Positions 37,701 through 50,473 of a stretch of DNA of 64,000 bases are shown here, one piece after another. Position 1 is the first letter of the stretch. Every line of letters starts with the position of its first letter. The notes under the pieces were generated by a model. The model was not told the origin of the DNA. It ran no database searches and saw only the letters and a list, made by a program, of their open reading frames with translations. A program made the translations under genes and the position numbers. This DNA is from Lytechinus pictus (lineage: Eukaryota), in assembly GCF_037042905.1 (NCBI RefSeq), contig NC_087250.1:14882001-14946000 (forward strand). Direction: 5' to 3'.

Positions 37701-40700
37701 CACACTTGTTTTAACGGCATTTTTGCAGTATAAATTCAAATTGTACCTCTCAAAGGGGGGGGGGGGGGGAGGGCACGGACCGGCTTTATCCGCCAGTGAG
37801 TGCTGGTCGATAATTGAATTCAATCCTAGTCGATAATCGCCAGCAGAATACCGCCGAGTCTGAAAATTCATTAAATATGTTCACTACGAGACGTGAGAGC
37901 TGAGAGCAGGGAAGGGGGAAATGAAAGTAAGGATTTCATCAGTGTTTGTCCATGAAAAGAGGCCATTTGGGTACCAGCTTACAAAGCTTGAGTTGGTATA
38001 AAGCGACACAAAGCAGCATTTGCAGTCAATAATTAGTGATTAACTTTACAGAATCAACAAAATTTCAGTCAAAGTGTTACTGCGATATATCAACATAATC
38101 ATACAGTATTTTTTTTCAATATCGCATAATTTCAATATTGTCAAAATATCACCCAGCACTACTACTAGAGCCATGAATATAAGAGCACTGAGCAGGATTA
38201 AATTTTTTTTGCTTGAATTTATTGCCTCTTAACATTTTGAATCCTGGTACATGGGCATAGCCATGTTGTTCGGTGTGTCTACAACTTTAATTTACTCCAC
38301 TGCAGAACTGCCGCGGCATTCTTAAAGGCCACTGCACACCTTACGACTGCTAACGATCCGATTTTGGAACAAATCGCATTTTGCTCATTTTTTGAAAATG
38401 TGAATGAAAATATCATTTTATTTGAGGTTCAAATTAACTGAAAGATTACTAATATAGCAATTTTGAAAGACTGCAAGCCTTTATTTTGGATTTAAGGTCA
38501 AATTAATTTCAAATCTTAGCAAACGGAACGACTGCTATGACGTCATTACGACTAGATATTAAATTTGCTTTTATTCTCATAAAATAAGGATGATAGCATT
38601 GTCACAGATTTGAACATAGGTATTCGTACGATGATTTCAAACATTACATAGTAAGATATTCCATGTTGCAATATTAGCATCAAATTCTACTGCGTTTTAT
38701 TCCAAAATCAGATCATAGAGTTTAGACTAATGATAAGGTGTGCGGTCGCCTTAACAGTTGCAAACTCAACGAAATGGCTACTCTGATGCACAGGGATTTT
38801 ACCATCAGAAATATAGCATCATATGAAAGTAACAAAATATAGATCTTAATAAAGTGGTTGATATTCTTAGTCTTTGGTGACACTACATTTTTATTATTTT
38901 AGCGGTCGACCGGTTTGGTAAAAATTGCACTGATGATCACCCGCATCGGTCAGCCCCCGGTAGACTGACCACTTCAACTCAGCCCTAACTTTGGGCCTTT
39001 GGGAAAAGCACAGTTTAAATAATAATAATAATTATAATAACTTGTTTATCTTATATATATGTTTTGTATAAAATCATCAAAGAACGCATATATTTATATT
39101 TAGAAACAACACCAAAGAACATATATGTTAGAAAACAGAAAACTGAGGATTTGATCTCACCACATCCAACAGCATAGATACATGGCCAAGGATCAAGACC
39201 GACTCCTTGTTCTCATCGCTAATCTCAAATCGATACACATCACCTGCCTTGTCTGCAACATAGAGGGCGGTCTCACTATTATCAAATGTCACTGCCATGC
39301 AACGTTTTACCACCATCCTGTATGGAAAATTGGAAAAGATTACAATCTCTTTAAAAATTCTTGAAGTCGATCAAAATATCATATCTGTGTGTTGTTTTTT
39401 TTCTATATGAAATCTACATGCATTCCAAAACATGGAATTGCCTGTAGATTTCTAATATCTAATCATTAAATTTGTAAGATAAATGGTCAAAGCTTTTATT
39501 TACAGCAAACTAAAAAATTGCCAAGACATGGCGCTAGATACAATACAATATAAAATTTGGATTTTAAATGGCAGAAAACAAGATTCAATGGCTACGCCAC
39601 CTTTTTATGATTGACATGTTAGATGATTTTCAAGCATAATTCACATTATCAACCATTTAACAAAGCTATAGCCGGGGATTAATCCATAGGGCAATTCCAG
39701 ACCTGCCAACCTCTGGAAATGAAAAATTGTATTCTGTGATTTAAAAAAATGTATTCCCCCCAAAAAATGCGTGGCGCGCACGCTCATCGCGGCGCTCAAG
39801 CTAAAATGCTCACTGCTCTTGCAGATGAAAAAAAACAACATTGAAACATTTGTACCAGTATATCTCACCCTCGTTTTAACAAAATGATTGAAAAAAAAAC
39901 AAGTTACCTGAAATTACATTGATCCAATAACTATATTTGTGTTATATTTTTATTTTTTCTAAAAATCATATTTTAAAAAGTAAACAAGTGGAATGCCTCT
40001 GGCCGTCTCACCTGCATCACGCGATTCAATATAGCAGCAGTGCTGATTTTGAAAACTACTATAACTCGCACAAGATGTTCAGTGATACTTGGTTACTCTT
40101 ATTTCCACGTTTTATGAACTAGACCAATACACTTATAGAGATATGATGGCAATTCAACAAATACCCCCAACGTGGCCAATGTTCTTTGACCTTACATGAC
40201 CTTTGACCTTGATCATGTGACCTGAAACTCGCACAGGATGTTCAGTGATACTTGATTACTATTATGTCCAAGTTTTATGAACTAGACCAACACACTTTCA
40301 AATTTATGGCTGTAATTCAACAAATACCCCAATTTGGCCAAAGTTCATTGACCCTAAATGACCTTTGACCTTGATCATGTGACCTGAAACTTGCACAGGA
40401 TGTTCAGTAATACTTGATTACTATTATGTCCAAGTTTCATGAATCAGATCCATAAACTTTCAAAGTTATGATGGTAATTCAACAGATACCCCCAATTCGG
40501 CCAAAGTTCATTGACCCTAAATGACCTTTGACCTTGGTCATGTGACGTGAAACTCATGCAGGATGTTCAGTGATACTTGATTAACCTTATGTATAAGTTT
40601 CATGAACTAGGTCCATATATTTTCTAAGTTATGATGACATTTCAAAAACTTAACCTTAGGTTAAGATTTTGATGTTGATTCCCCCAACATGGTCTAAGTT

Positions 40701-43700
40701 CATTGACCCTAAATGACCTTTGACCTTGGTCATGTGACATGAAACTCAGGCAGGATGTTCAGTAATACTTGATTAACCTTATGGCCAAGTTTCATGAACT
40801 AGGTCCATATACTTTCTAAGTTATGCTGTCATTTCAAAAACTTAACCTCAGGTTAAGATTTGGTGTTGACGCCGCCGTCGCCGCCGCCGTCGCCGCCGCC
40901 GTCGCCGTCGGAAAAGCGGCGCCTATAGTCTCACTCTGCTATGCAGGTGAGACAAAAACTTACTGTCGTATTTTGGTTGCAAAAACGTACTAAATATGCC
41001 AAAAACATACTGGTTGGCAGCTCTGCAATTCCATAGAATATGTACGTCTGACCCTACGTATGTGAGACTTTTGTGAAATTTTCTTTCACTGATTTCTGGT
41101 TCTTTTGACAGTCTGTAATGCTCTCAAATGATCATGACTTGGTCAGATCATGAAGTGATGTAAAACTTGAGAAAAATGGGGATCGGACATACAAAAAGGT
41201 TGATCACTTTACGGAATTGCCCCCATACTGACCTTGTCCATACTCTATTCCAGCTAGGAGTTGTGGTCCACAGTGTCAATTCCTTCTCGTCTGTGCATGC
41301 TGCAAAGTACATCCCGCTCCCAGAGAAGGCTGCAGCTAGAACACGCCCAGTCGGAACATGGGGGTCTCTGTCAGGGAGAAATTTACTTGTCATAAATAGG
41401 GCCTATCTTTTCTACTTTTTACTTGGGCCAAATAAACTCAGATTGACATACCACAGGGAATAATTTTGCTTTACAAATTTGAATAGCATTATTGGTCATA
41501 AGGGAAAAGCTCTCAACTAAGTAATGTATATGTCAAGATATGCTATACAAAAGACTTTAAGCATAGCAGTCTTTCAAAAATGTGGAGCAAATTGCGATGC
41601 GATACCAGGAAAACTATTCCCTGTACCATATTCCTTTGTGCCTTCTTTTTGAGAAACACTAAAAAATATTTTTAGGGGTATATGTCATGCATCACGTATA
41701 CCCAAGTGAGGACTTTTTTTGCTTGTCAAATTTTTCATGTTAAAAAATACCCCCCCCCCTTGGGAAATCCTGGATCCGCTCCTGAGTTAGGATCATGATA
41801 AGTGCAATATTGACCCTAACAAATGGAATTTTTATGGTATTCCATAAAAATAATACTTGTGCGTTGTACTGTTCAATACGGTACCATATTGAACAGCAAG
41901 GTAGTAGAAGTCTGTGGGATATTCATCAGATTTCAGTCTTATTTTCAATAAAAATACGCTCTCATATTGCAGAGGTAAATGATGCAGACCAACCGACATA
42001 GAGGGCATTGTTGCTTTAACCCTAACTAGGTCGGGCTTTTTTTACTGTTCTGTGGCCGGGGGGGGGTTGATTCAACCCCCCCCCCCCCCGAGATCTCGGC
42101 CGCCGATCGCGGTAGTGTGCGATGTAATCTACAAATCTGTAAGGTAAAATTTTCCAAAATAATGAGATTTTATTTTATATGAATTAATTATGCTAATTTA
42201 TGCATAAATCATACTTTTTGCTCTAATTCACTAAATAAAGCTCCTAGAATGCTAATTTTTGGTAAAAATATTCTTTGTAGCATTCTTAACAATGGCAATT
42301 GAAAAAAACTTCGGTTTGGAAATCAATTTCTTATGTATTTTATTGTTTTATGAATTTCTTATGTATTTCTTTGTTTTTCTTTGTTTTTTTCACCAGATTT
42401 ATTGCACAACCTTTTTGAAGCATAATTATGCTAAAATCAATTGATTTCAGCTGTTTGAAGTGAAAATAATCATATCTTTATGAATAAGACGAGAAAACTC
42501 AATTTGCATTGACTTTGTACACAAAATCATGTTTTGGAACAATTTTTGGTCTGACATGCACTTACAAAATGTTGCATAAATTTTGGAACCGCGTACCCAG
42601 GCATCGTAAATTTGGTCTCAAAAGATGCGCGAGACTTAAAAGTATAAACTCTGCGAGTGGCGCGGTCAAAAAATTTCGCGCGGCGGAATGATCGCAGAAA
42701 ATGTTGAGGGGAGGGTTGATTCAACCCCCCCCCCGGCCATTTTAGGGTTAAGGAAGGTCCACTTTGCTCAGCTTTTGGGACCATTTTCTCTCACTAGCAA
42801 ATTGGTTTATTCAATGACAGAATTTAATCCTGTTTACTGAAGACTAAACAAATTTAAGACAATAATTCAGTGATGGTTTATTTTTAAAACGTGGTCCAAT
42901 ATTCCAATGTTTGTATATTTTTGTACTTCTATTGTTTGAATCTAGTATTGTCATAATCTGTTAGTTAACCTCTCTTTTGCTATCACTCCTTGAGTGTATT
43001 GTGTCGGTTCATGCTTTCATTGGCATGCGTACCAAGTTGTGCGCGTACTTCAATAGTATGCGCGTATCGAGTGGACCTTCCTAATAAAAGTAATAGCAAC
43101 ACTGCTGTGTGTTGCTGCCCTCTACGTTCGTTGATGTAGACCAAGATACGCCATGTTTTTGATGCATTGCTAAAACACTCTACATGTACTATACTTTTTA
43201 TTAATCCCATGAGCAACTGACAGAGGGGGGGGGGGGCAATTCCATGAAATAATAAATCTTTTCATACATTAGAGTGAACCCCAATCTCTTTCCATTCTTT
43301 ATTTCAATTCATGGGCTGCTCAACTATAATGAAACAATAATAATAATAATATCAATAAAATAATACTTATAATACTATCAACAAAAAAATTAGAATAATA
43401 ATACAAACAATAATAACAACAATAATAATAATGATAATAATATCAATAATATAATAATTACAATACTATCAACAAAAAAATGAAAATAATAATACAAACA
43501 ATAATAACAATAATAATAATAATATCAATAATATAATAATTATAATACTATCAACAACAAAATAAAAATAATAATAAAAACAATAACAATAATAATAATA
43601 ATATCAATAAAATAATAATTATAATACTATCAACAAAAAATAAAAATAATAATACAAACAATAACAATAATAATGATAATAACATCAATAAAATGATAAT

Positions 43701-45701
43701 GATAATAATAACACAAACATTAATAACAATATTAATAATGATAATAATACGACAGATACCTGGGCGGTCACTTTATTGATTTCTATACAAACTCATTTTG
43801 CAATCGATACAATGCATGACATTCATCTTTAAATTGGCAACTAAGACAATTAATAAATCTTGCTTACATTATTCCTCCAAGTGGTTTGTCCTCGGGTTTC
43901 TTCTGTTCTTTCTGCTTTTCATTTCCTTTGTCCTCTGACTCCTTGGCTTTCGCCTTCAAATTAAACACAACCTCCTCGCTTGGATCGCTAACAAAGACAA
44001 ACACAAGGTAAGTTATGATAATAAAACTAATAATATGCAACATTTATATAATAATAATATTCCGCATTTATATAGCGCTTAATACATCGGAACGACGTCT
44101 CTAAGCGCTTTACAGACATATTATTACCCCGGTCATCGGATCCTTGCATGCCCGCATACAATGTATGCACCGTCTCCACTCCCTGGGGAGCATTCCAACA
44201 AGAGTTCCAAGACTCAATTGCTAGGCATACTACATATAGGCTTTCACATCCTACCGGGTACCCATTTAACACCTGGGTGGAGAGTGGCAAATTGTGGATT
44301 AACGCCTTGCCAAAGGACGCTAGGCCATAGTGGGATTCGAACACACGACCCTCTGATTACAAGGCGAGAGTCAGAACCGCTACACCAAGACGCTTCCACA
44401 TAGCACATAATACAAATGTTTCTAAGTGCTGCATACTATTACCCCGGCTTCAGCACGGCTACCCTGATCGGGCGCATTGAGCATTCAAGGAATTCCCTCC
44501 TACTGAGTATTCATTTACTACACCTGGGTCGAGAGTGGCAAATGTAGATAAACGCCTTTCCAAAGGACGCTAGTGCTGTGGTGGGATTTGAACCCCAGAC
44601 CTTGTGGTTCAAAGTCATGATAATGAGATTGAATCCAATTGTGGAGGAAAATGTCTCTTTCATCCATTAGGCTTTGACAATACAGATACTCTTTGACCCT
44701 GTTGACGTGTAATGCAATACATAGTACAATTGATGCACATCGGCCTTTACCATCTAACAACCCCTTTTCATATGTACACCTCAGAAATTAACTGCAATAG
44801 GCTGCAAAATCGCTGTATGATCCTTTTGATCATTTGAATATAACAATATTATAATAATAACGCAGTTCTTGTATAGCGCATATCACATTATGTCATAATG
44901 TCCCTATGCGCTTCCTTCCAAAGGACTTGGATATTATTACCCTGGCTTTAGCCCCGCAGCCTTTTACAGCGCGGTGGCATTTCAAGGAATAAATTCCTGC
45001 CAGGTACCCATTCACCTCACCTGGGTTGAGTGCAGCACAATGTGGATGAATTTCTTGCTGAAGGAAATTACACCATGGCTGGGATACAAACCCACGACCC
45101 TCTGTTTCAAAGTCAGATGACTAATCCACTGAGCCAAAACGCTCCACAATGTAATATTGTAATTTAATGTAATAATAAAAAACGTTATCATTTTGTTTCA
45201 ATATCTTCCTTGGCGACGATGAATTGACATGTTGAATCAAAAGTCAATCCTATTTCACATTCTTGGCGCATAATAAAAAGACCAAATAAACAGTGGGGAA
45301 AAAACATCCTCAGCCCACTCAAAGAATCATGATTTACACTGCTAAATTATTTCAACAACATTACCATACGCCATTAAGGCCGGATTACACCGGAATCGAA
45401 TCCATCCGAATACACATATTTGGGTGGTTTTCGGGAGTATTCTGTTCTCCCTCCGCGAAAATTCAGGAAGGATTCAGGAACATTCGAATCCACCAAAACC
45501 ATCCAAATTAGGCTAGATTCGGCTAGAATCGGTCCGAATTTGTTCGGGAGAATTTGATTTTGGTGTAACCCTGGCTTTAGTGAAAATAACAAAATATTTT
45601 TCCCATTAAATGATTTTCACATCTTACCTGTAGGAGATCACCTTTACTTTAGAACCACTTGTAATAGCAACATGTTGATCGCTACAGACAATAGAAGCCA
45701 T
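29712..45701 (-). CDS. WDR4: tRNA (guanine-N7)-methyltransferase non-catalytic subunit WDR4/TRM82, 10 coding exons, 465 aa
   Basis: complement(join(29712-30007,32129-32207,32508-32709,33409-33575,35309-35363,37375-37487,39161-39317,41233-41367,43868-43987,45628-45701)); all GT-AG, phases consistent (1398 nt). Motifs [90 protein letters not shown]. Confidence 0.93.
30340..32094. mobile_element. piggyBac-like non-autonomous element (TTAA|CCC...GGG|TTAA) hosting a Helentron-type element
   Basis: TTAA at 30336-30339 and 32095-32098; related to 42020-42747 and 53452-54205. Confidence 0.8.
30951..31914 (-). mobile_element. Helentron-associated (HINE/DINE-1/Tsp-like) element, copy 1
   Basis: Subterminal inverted repeats gtctcacctgcat / atgcaggtgagac, terminal hairpin, (GCC)n microsatellite, about five central 130-180-bp tandem repeats, A/T-rich insertion site without TSD. 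Confidence 0.8.
32129..32207 (-). CDS. WDR4: WDR4 coding exon 9
   Basis: VSENVSKEDSAALLAQKAKNDWEFLK; AG/GTAAGT. Confidence 0.8.
32508..32709 (-). CDS. WDR4: WDR4 coding exon 8
   Basis: HSTVPVYHV...PWSLAFDPNGRLLVL...DGVLQ; AG/GTAGG. Confidence 0.88.
33409..33575 (-). CDS. WDR4: WDR4 coding exon 7
   Basis: [15 protein letters not shown]...LVAVTLL; AG/GTTAGT. Confidence 0.88.
33848..34823 (-). mobile_element. Helentron-associated element, copy 2
   Basis: Near-identical to 30951-31914. Confidence 0.8.
34830..35068 (-). mobile_element. tRNA-derived SINE
   Basis: Head GTGGTAGAGCGTCCGTCTTTCAACCGGGAGGTCGGGGGTTCAATCCC followed by non-tRNA body. Confidence 0.7.
35309..35363 (-). CDS. WDR4: WDR4 coding exon 6
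   Basis: [26 protein letters not shown]. Confidence 0.88.
35988..36386. mobile_element. Penelope-like element remnant (inverted pseudo-LTR arms)
   Basis: Arms 35988-36176 and 36246-36386 are reverse complements (one arm lacks about 40 nt) and flank a hammerhead motif. Confidence 0.65.
36204..36249 (-). ncRNA. Minimal type I hammerhead ribozyme motif
   Basis: Minus strand GGUUCUC CUGAAGA C GGACAG UCC CUGCCC GAAAC GUC GAGUAACC: CUGANGA and GAAA core, stem II with one mismatch, palindromic ACGU stem III, stem I GGUUCUC / GAG(U)AACC. Confidence 0.7.
37375..37487 (-). CDS. WDR4: WDR4 coding exon 5
   Basis: [45 protein letters not shown]. Confidence 0.93.
37532..37798. mobile_element. hAT-like MITE
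   Basis: Ends cagtagcggat / atccgccagtg; 8-bp TSD agtgctgg (37524-37531 / 37799-37806). Confidence 0.8.
38322..38754. mobile_element. TIR MITE (ggccactgcacacctta / taaggtgtgcggtcgcc)
   Basis: Imperfect terminal inverted repeats with TTAA/TAA-rich flanks. Confidence 0.6.
39161..39317 (-). CDS. WDR4: WDR4 coding exon 4
   Basis: [34 protein letters not shown]/GTGAG. Confidence 0.93.
39698..41025. mobile_element. TIR element hosting Helentron-type copy 3
   Basis: Ends cagacctgccaacc / ggttggcagctctg; caattc repeated on both flanks (39692-39697 / 41026-41031). Confidence 0.6.
39983..40958 (-). mobile_element. Helentron-associated element, copy 3
   Basis: Near-identical to 30951-31914 and 33848-34823. 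Confidence 0.8.
41233..41367 (-). CDS. WDR4: WDR4 coding exon 3
   Basis: [52 protein letters not shown]. Confidence 0.9.
42020..42747. mobile_element. piggyBac-like MITE
   Basis: TTAA|CCCTAA...TTAGGG|TTAA; reverse-complement copy at 53452-54205. Confidence 0.85.
43325..43750. repeat. (AAT/AAC)-rich minisatellite
   Basis: About 80-bp higher-order unit containing aatactatcaacaaaaaa. Confidence 0.85.
43868..43987 (-). CDS. WDR4: WDR4 coding exon 2
   Basis: DPSEEVVFNLKAKAKESEDKGNEKQKEQKKPEDKPLGGI; AG/GTAAGC; phase 2-2. Confidence 0.8.
44050..44398 (-). mobile_element. Full-length tRNA-derived SINE
   Basis: A box TGGTGTAGCGG, B box GTTCGAATCCC, tail AAGCGCTATATAAATG..(ATT)n; near-identical copy at 61695-62043. 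Confidence 0.85.
44400..45148 (-). mobile_element. Two further related tRNA-derived SINEs (about 44400-44620 and 44850-45148)
   Basis: tRNA-like heads, shared core (ctcaacccaggtgaggtgaatgggtacc) and tails. Confidence 0.7.
45628..45701 (-). CDS. WDR4: WDR4 first coding exon
   Basis: ATG at 45701, MASIVCSDQHVAITSGSKVKVISY, donor AG|GTAAG; exon acceptor at 45745-45746. Confidence 0.75.
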
Positions 45702-46580
45702 TCCTCTTGATCTTTGTAGTTATGTGTCCAGCTTTGGCAAAGACCTAAAGAAAACAAAATACACACACACAAAAAAAATCAAACATCAGGTATGAAACCA
45801 GTCTGAAAGTTTAGTAAAGCTTCAATAATGAGCAATGAGTATCAGGAAAATAGAAAAATACTTATCACGAAAGAATCTTATCCCTAAATTACCTAGGCTA
45901 TTTCAGACCAGGACATACGGTGTGGTCAATTTTACCTCCCCTTCAGATCTTGGTCCGGATTGCAGCAAAAATTTGTACGTGCGCAGAGCCAGGTGTAAAC
46001 TACGAGACTAGATTACTAAGTATATGAAGTTATGTTCCAAAAGGAGCTAAATCCACTTTGGTATTTTTCTGTAAATCAAGTTTTTTTTAAAATTAACTGC
46101 TTTCCCGTAGCCACTGCTGTTTAATTTTGATATGAATCATAGTACTATCATCTTATATTAATTTAATCATGATTTAAAAAATCTGGCATTCATCATTGAT
46201 TTTTAAAGAATTTTTGAAATTTTAGTTTTCATGGATTTAGCTCCTTTTAGAACAAAACCGTAGTAAAATGTCAATTTTTGCCAAATTAAACATGTTCGAA
46301 ACGCATAAATATGGCTAGCAGAATACATTTCACATCTTTTCTGATGCTTATTCACTGACAATTACAAAAAAAAAGAAGATATTTTGTCATCTTTTTTAAG
46401 GACGGCAACTTTTTCTATATTTAATTCCAAAAGCTAAATCCAAAAATATTTATAAAAATTGTAAAATTTTTTTGTTTTCAGCAAAATTTGCACCGATGGT
46501 GTAAACTTGTATCCACAACATTTACCTAAAGAAATTAAATGCATAACTTAATGTAAAATAGGAAAAATAACCAATTTTAA

Positions 46581-49500
46581 CCCTTTGCGTGCGGGCCCGC
46601 GAAACCGGATACCTCTCCCTGCGGCGGAGCTGTTTTTGTACATTGCTGGTATTTGGATCTGTGGCGGTGTTTTCCTAATCTATTGCTAATTGCGCCAAAC
46701 TGAAGTATTTTCAGGATTTTTAGTAAATGTAAAGATGAAAGATCAGACATTTTTCTTTATAGAATTAACGGTCTCGCTTCTCAAATCAACAGAATAGTTA
46801 AGGAATTTACGAGGAAAAAGTCGTGTTATTTTGTAAAATCTTCGCTTTTTCCCAAGTCAATAGGCACTGTGTACAAAAATGCGTAAGGGCAATCAGCACG
46901 CGCGGACAAGTCGGGTTCGATCGATACCGCTTTGTTGTCTGCTCTTTTTTCATTGCTCATGAATGGTCTCTTTACCCCCTTGCAGATCTTTGCAAAGTGT
47001 ATAATTACGACGATAATCCGATAATTTACTAGGTCATCCTGACGAAATACACTAATCTTTCTTTTATTCAGGGCGTTGGCTATTAGTCCCCTGCTCTTTT
47101 TTATAAGGAATTTGTTTGAGCGTCCGCCATGACTTTCTTTTGTTCATTTTTAAAAGAGCAGAGGATAAACGATGTTCTTAATTCCTTTATTTTCTGTTTG
47201 TTTCCTTTGAAATAGAAGACAAAAATAAGAGCAATATCGGATGAGAGAACGAGAGAAAGCGGGGGGGGGGGGGGGGGGGGGTCAAAAGTTTTCCAGGGGC
47301 CCGTTTTATATAAAATTTGTTTACAAGTTTTCAATAACACTTGAAAGCTATATCATTCTATTTGACTGGCGGATGGTAAATTTGTTTAAATTATTGCGCA
47401 TTTTTTAATATAACATGTGCATGTATAATGTATTTATAAAACGGTACCAATTAGGGATTTCCTCGTTTTCCCTTTCTCTGGTTTCTAACCTGTAACTGAA
47501 TGTATACCGCTTTCATTCCCTTATATCTATCGTCTTTCTATATCCCCTCCCTTCTACACCTTTTTTCTCTGAGTTCTTCTCATTTGAATTATATCTGTAT
47601 CGTCTTCTTTCTTCCCGATTTGGATTACGAGGTATATACCCGCCCCCATCCCCCTCAATCCTTTCTTTCTGATTTTTTTCTTCTCAGTACCTGTCATTTT
47701 ACATTACATCTAACATCCCCCCCCCCCTCTCTTCATCGGTAACGGTAACCTTCTAAAATTACTATTGTAAGTGTCATTTCACAAAAAATTCTATATCATC
47801 TTCCATTTTCTATATTGAAAACGTGGGTAGATATCTTTCACAAAAGACAATATGATGATGATCATCATCATCATCGTATAAAAATGCACGACTAAACTAT
47901 TTTTTTTGTGAACCTGGGGCTTAGGGTTATGGCAAGACAGAGGCCTTAATCTTTCACTAAAAGTAATTTTCTTTTTTAGATTTTTTTTATAAATTATATG
48001 TTTCATTTAATTCGATTTCCCCCGCAGATATTATAGTAATAAAATAATTTTGTTCCTGAAGTTTGCGCATCGGTATTCGATTTGTAATATAATGAAATTA
48101 TTTCAAAGAGTTAAACGAATAAAAGTGACTAAAATTGTAAGTCTGAAATCATACCTCCCAACTCTCTTCTTGTCACTTTCTACGTTTCTTTATCTTATTA
48201 TTCCCTCAAAAAGAGCAAAGCAATTACTGAAAGTAAAAGAAAGTATTTTTTCTTGAATAAATTATAGCATCCGCAATCATAAGTGTTGTTTTTTATTTGT
48301 TCTTTCGTTTTGTTCTATTGTCTCCTTGATTTCAGAACCGATAATAAATAACCGTCCTCACCTCTTTCAGCAAACATGTACAAAAAATCCGAAGTCTATA
48401 TAACTTTCTGATTTTTTTTTTCGGCCGGTCCACTCCCTCCCACATTCAGTCACGGAAACACTTTTTTTTCCTCTATGAATCTTTTCTACCACGCTATTCG
48501 CCAGTTTAAAAAATGAGAAAGAAATCGGCAAAAAGTACGAAAATCAATAAAATTTGGGTCGGTATCAACCTTTTTTTTTGGGGGGGGGGGGGGTGTAGGT
48601 TGCACATGAATAAAAGTTTGTAGGATTGAGAGGATTCTATTGGGTGACACGCCATACAAACGTGTTTTCTTTATAGGGGGTGCCTTAGCGTAATGTATCA
48701 TCCTGTATTATTCTATTTCCTCCATTTCGCGCGAGGAAACTTAGTTCATTATTGGTTTTATCATTTGAAGTAATTATTTTTCCGTCAACTTTTCAATGCA
48801 GAAGTTTTCATCTGGGTGAGATAAGGAAATAAGATGAAGAGGTTCTAAAACCTAACCTATTATAAATTTATTCTGTAAAATTACATGAATTAACAAATTG
48901 TATTTTTTTTTGCCGCTTCATCCCCGTCCCACAGCTCAACACTTGCACCATAAAAAAACATTGCAGTCCCTGTATAACATCTTTTTCCAAACATTTTGGT
49001 TTAGATGCTAACCATGGTAAGCGCCCAAAATGCGATTTTTTTTTTGGTCGTAACGGGGGAAAAAAGGGGCCAGGACGGTCTTTATTCTTATTTTTTCTAC
49101 AGCGTTACTCGCAATTAAAAACAGAAAATCGGAGAGAGGAGACAAACAAGAAATATTAGAGTGTAGGTCAGAACATTTTTCTTCGGGTGGGGGGGGGGGG
49201 GGCAAACAAGAACAATGATAAAAAGTCATCAGTTTGGCAAGGGTCTTAGGACCGAGTTGCAACAAACAAACATTGTGGGATTTTTTTTAAAGTAATCTAA
49301 CCAAAAAATAAAGTCATGTTGTAATTCGTTTAAGTAGATATTCATGGAATTTTAGCAAAAGCGCACTTGTCTGTTCCCCCTTTTATCTCTGTATCTCATT
49401 CTCTCTCGTCCTCCCTGACATTTGAACATATTTTTTCGATAATTATTAAATAATTATTCGTTCATCCTTATATGCATCATCACCCAGGGGAAGCGCCTTT

Positions 49501-50473
49501 TTGCAATATGAATCACTGACGGATGTCATAAGCACCTGTGTTGTCGGTAATGAGACATTTTTTTTGATACGGTATGTTGGTCGAAAAAAGATTCATAAAA
49601 GCTTTTTGTATTGCTAAGTACGAAAAGCGTTCAATGGGTCATCCTGCCGATAAACACTAATCTTCCTTTTGTTCGGGGCGTTGGCCATCTGTATCCTGCT
49701 CTTTTCGGAAGGAATTTGTTTGAGTGGCCGCCCAGACATTCTTTTGTTCGGGTAGTGCCGATATCATGAACTACATGGACGTTCCCCCTTTGAAAAGAGC
49801 AGAAGATGAATGGTGTGCTAAACTGCTTTCTTTTCTCCTTTTTTCAGAATAGTAGACAAAAATAATGAGAAGAAGAGGGATGATGGGGAGGGAAAAAGTT
49901 CAAAAAGTGCACTGAGATCAGCTCAAAGTACTAAGACATTACAAGCTTTTTGCTTTTCTGAAAATGCAATCGATCGATGAAACCAAGGAGATATCATTCT
50001 ATCTAGAATGATATCTTCTTGATTAAACAAATAAGACGAAAATGGTGAATAAACGCGTAGCTTATTACGTGACGATCTTGCAGAAAAGATGTTAGCGTAT
50101 GTATCTATCAGAACAACGATATGGATCAAATCACGTGATCAGAACAAATCACGTGATCAGGCCTTATGCGCGCGCGTACGTGCTCGTCACAAAATTTATC
50201 CTCCCCGTCCGACTCCAACGAAAAAATCGGGTAAAGTTGAAATGATTTCCTATTTTCGGGATTTTTCCCCACGTAGCTGTATATTTTTTTCAATCTGTTA
50301 TCGAAATAGGTTTATGAAGGAAATAGTGTCAGAGGTTTTAGTACATAACAATTACGAAAAAGCTGAAAAACTTCATTGAATTAAACCAAACATTTCTCGG
50401 CTTCTGTAGAAGCCCGTCGTAGCTAAGTGAACGACTCGCTGGGCTTCTGTGGAAGCCCGTCGCACTCAAAGGG
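46581..50473. mobile_element. 3.9-kb non-autonomous piggyBac-like element
   Basis: TTAA|CCCTTTGCGTGCG ... CGCACTCAAAGGG|TTAA; no transposase ORF; internal diverged direct repeat (near 47030-47250 vs 49640-49860). Confidence 0.75.

Noticed and set aside
44330..44398. tRNA-like sequence (also near 62043, 45148 and 35068)
   Set aside because: A/B boxes run into a SINE body and tail, with no complete acceptor stem; treated as SINE heads, not tRNA genes.
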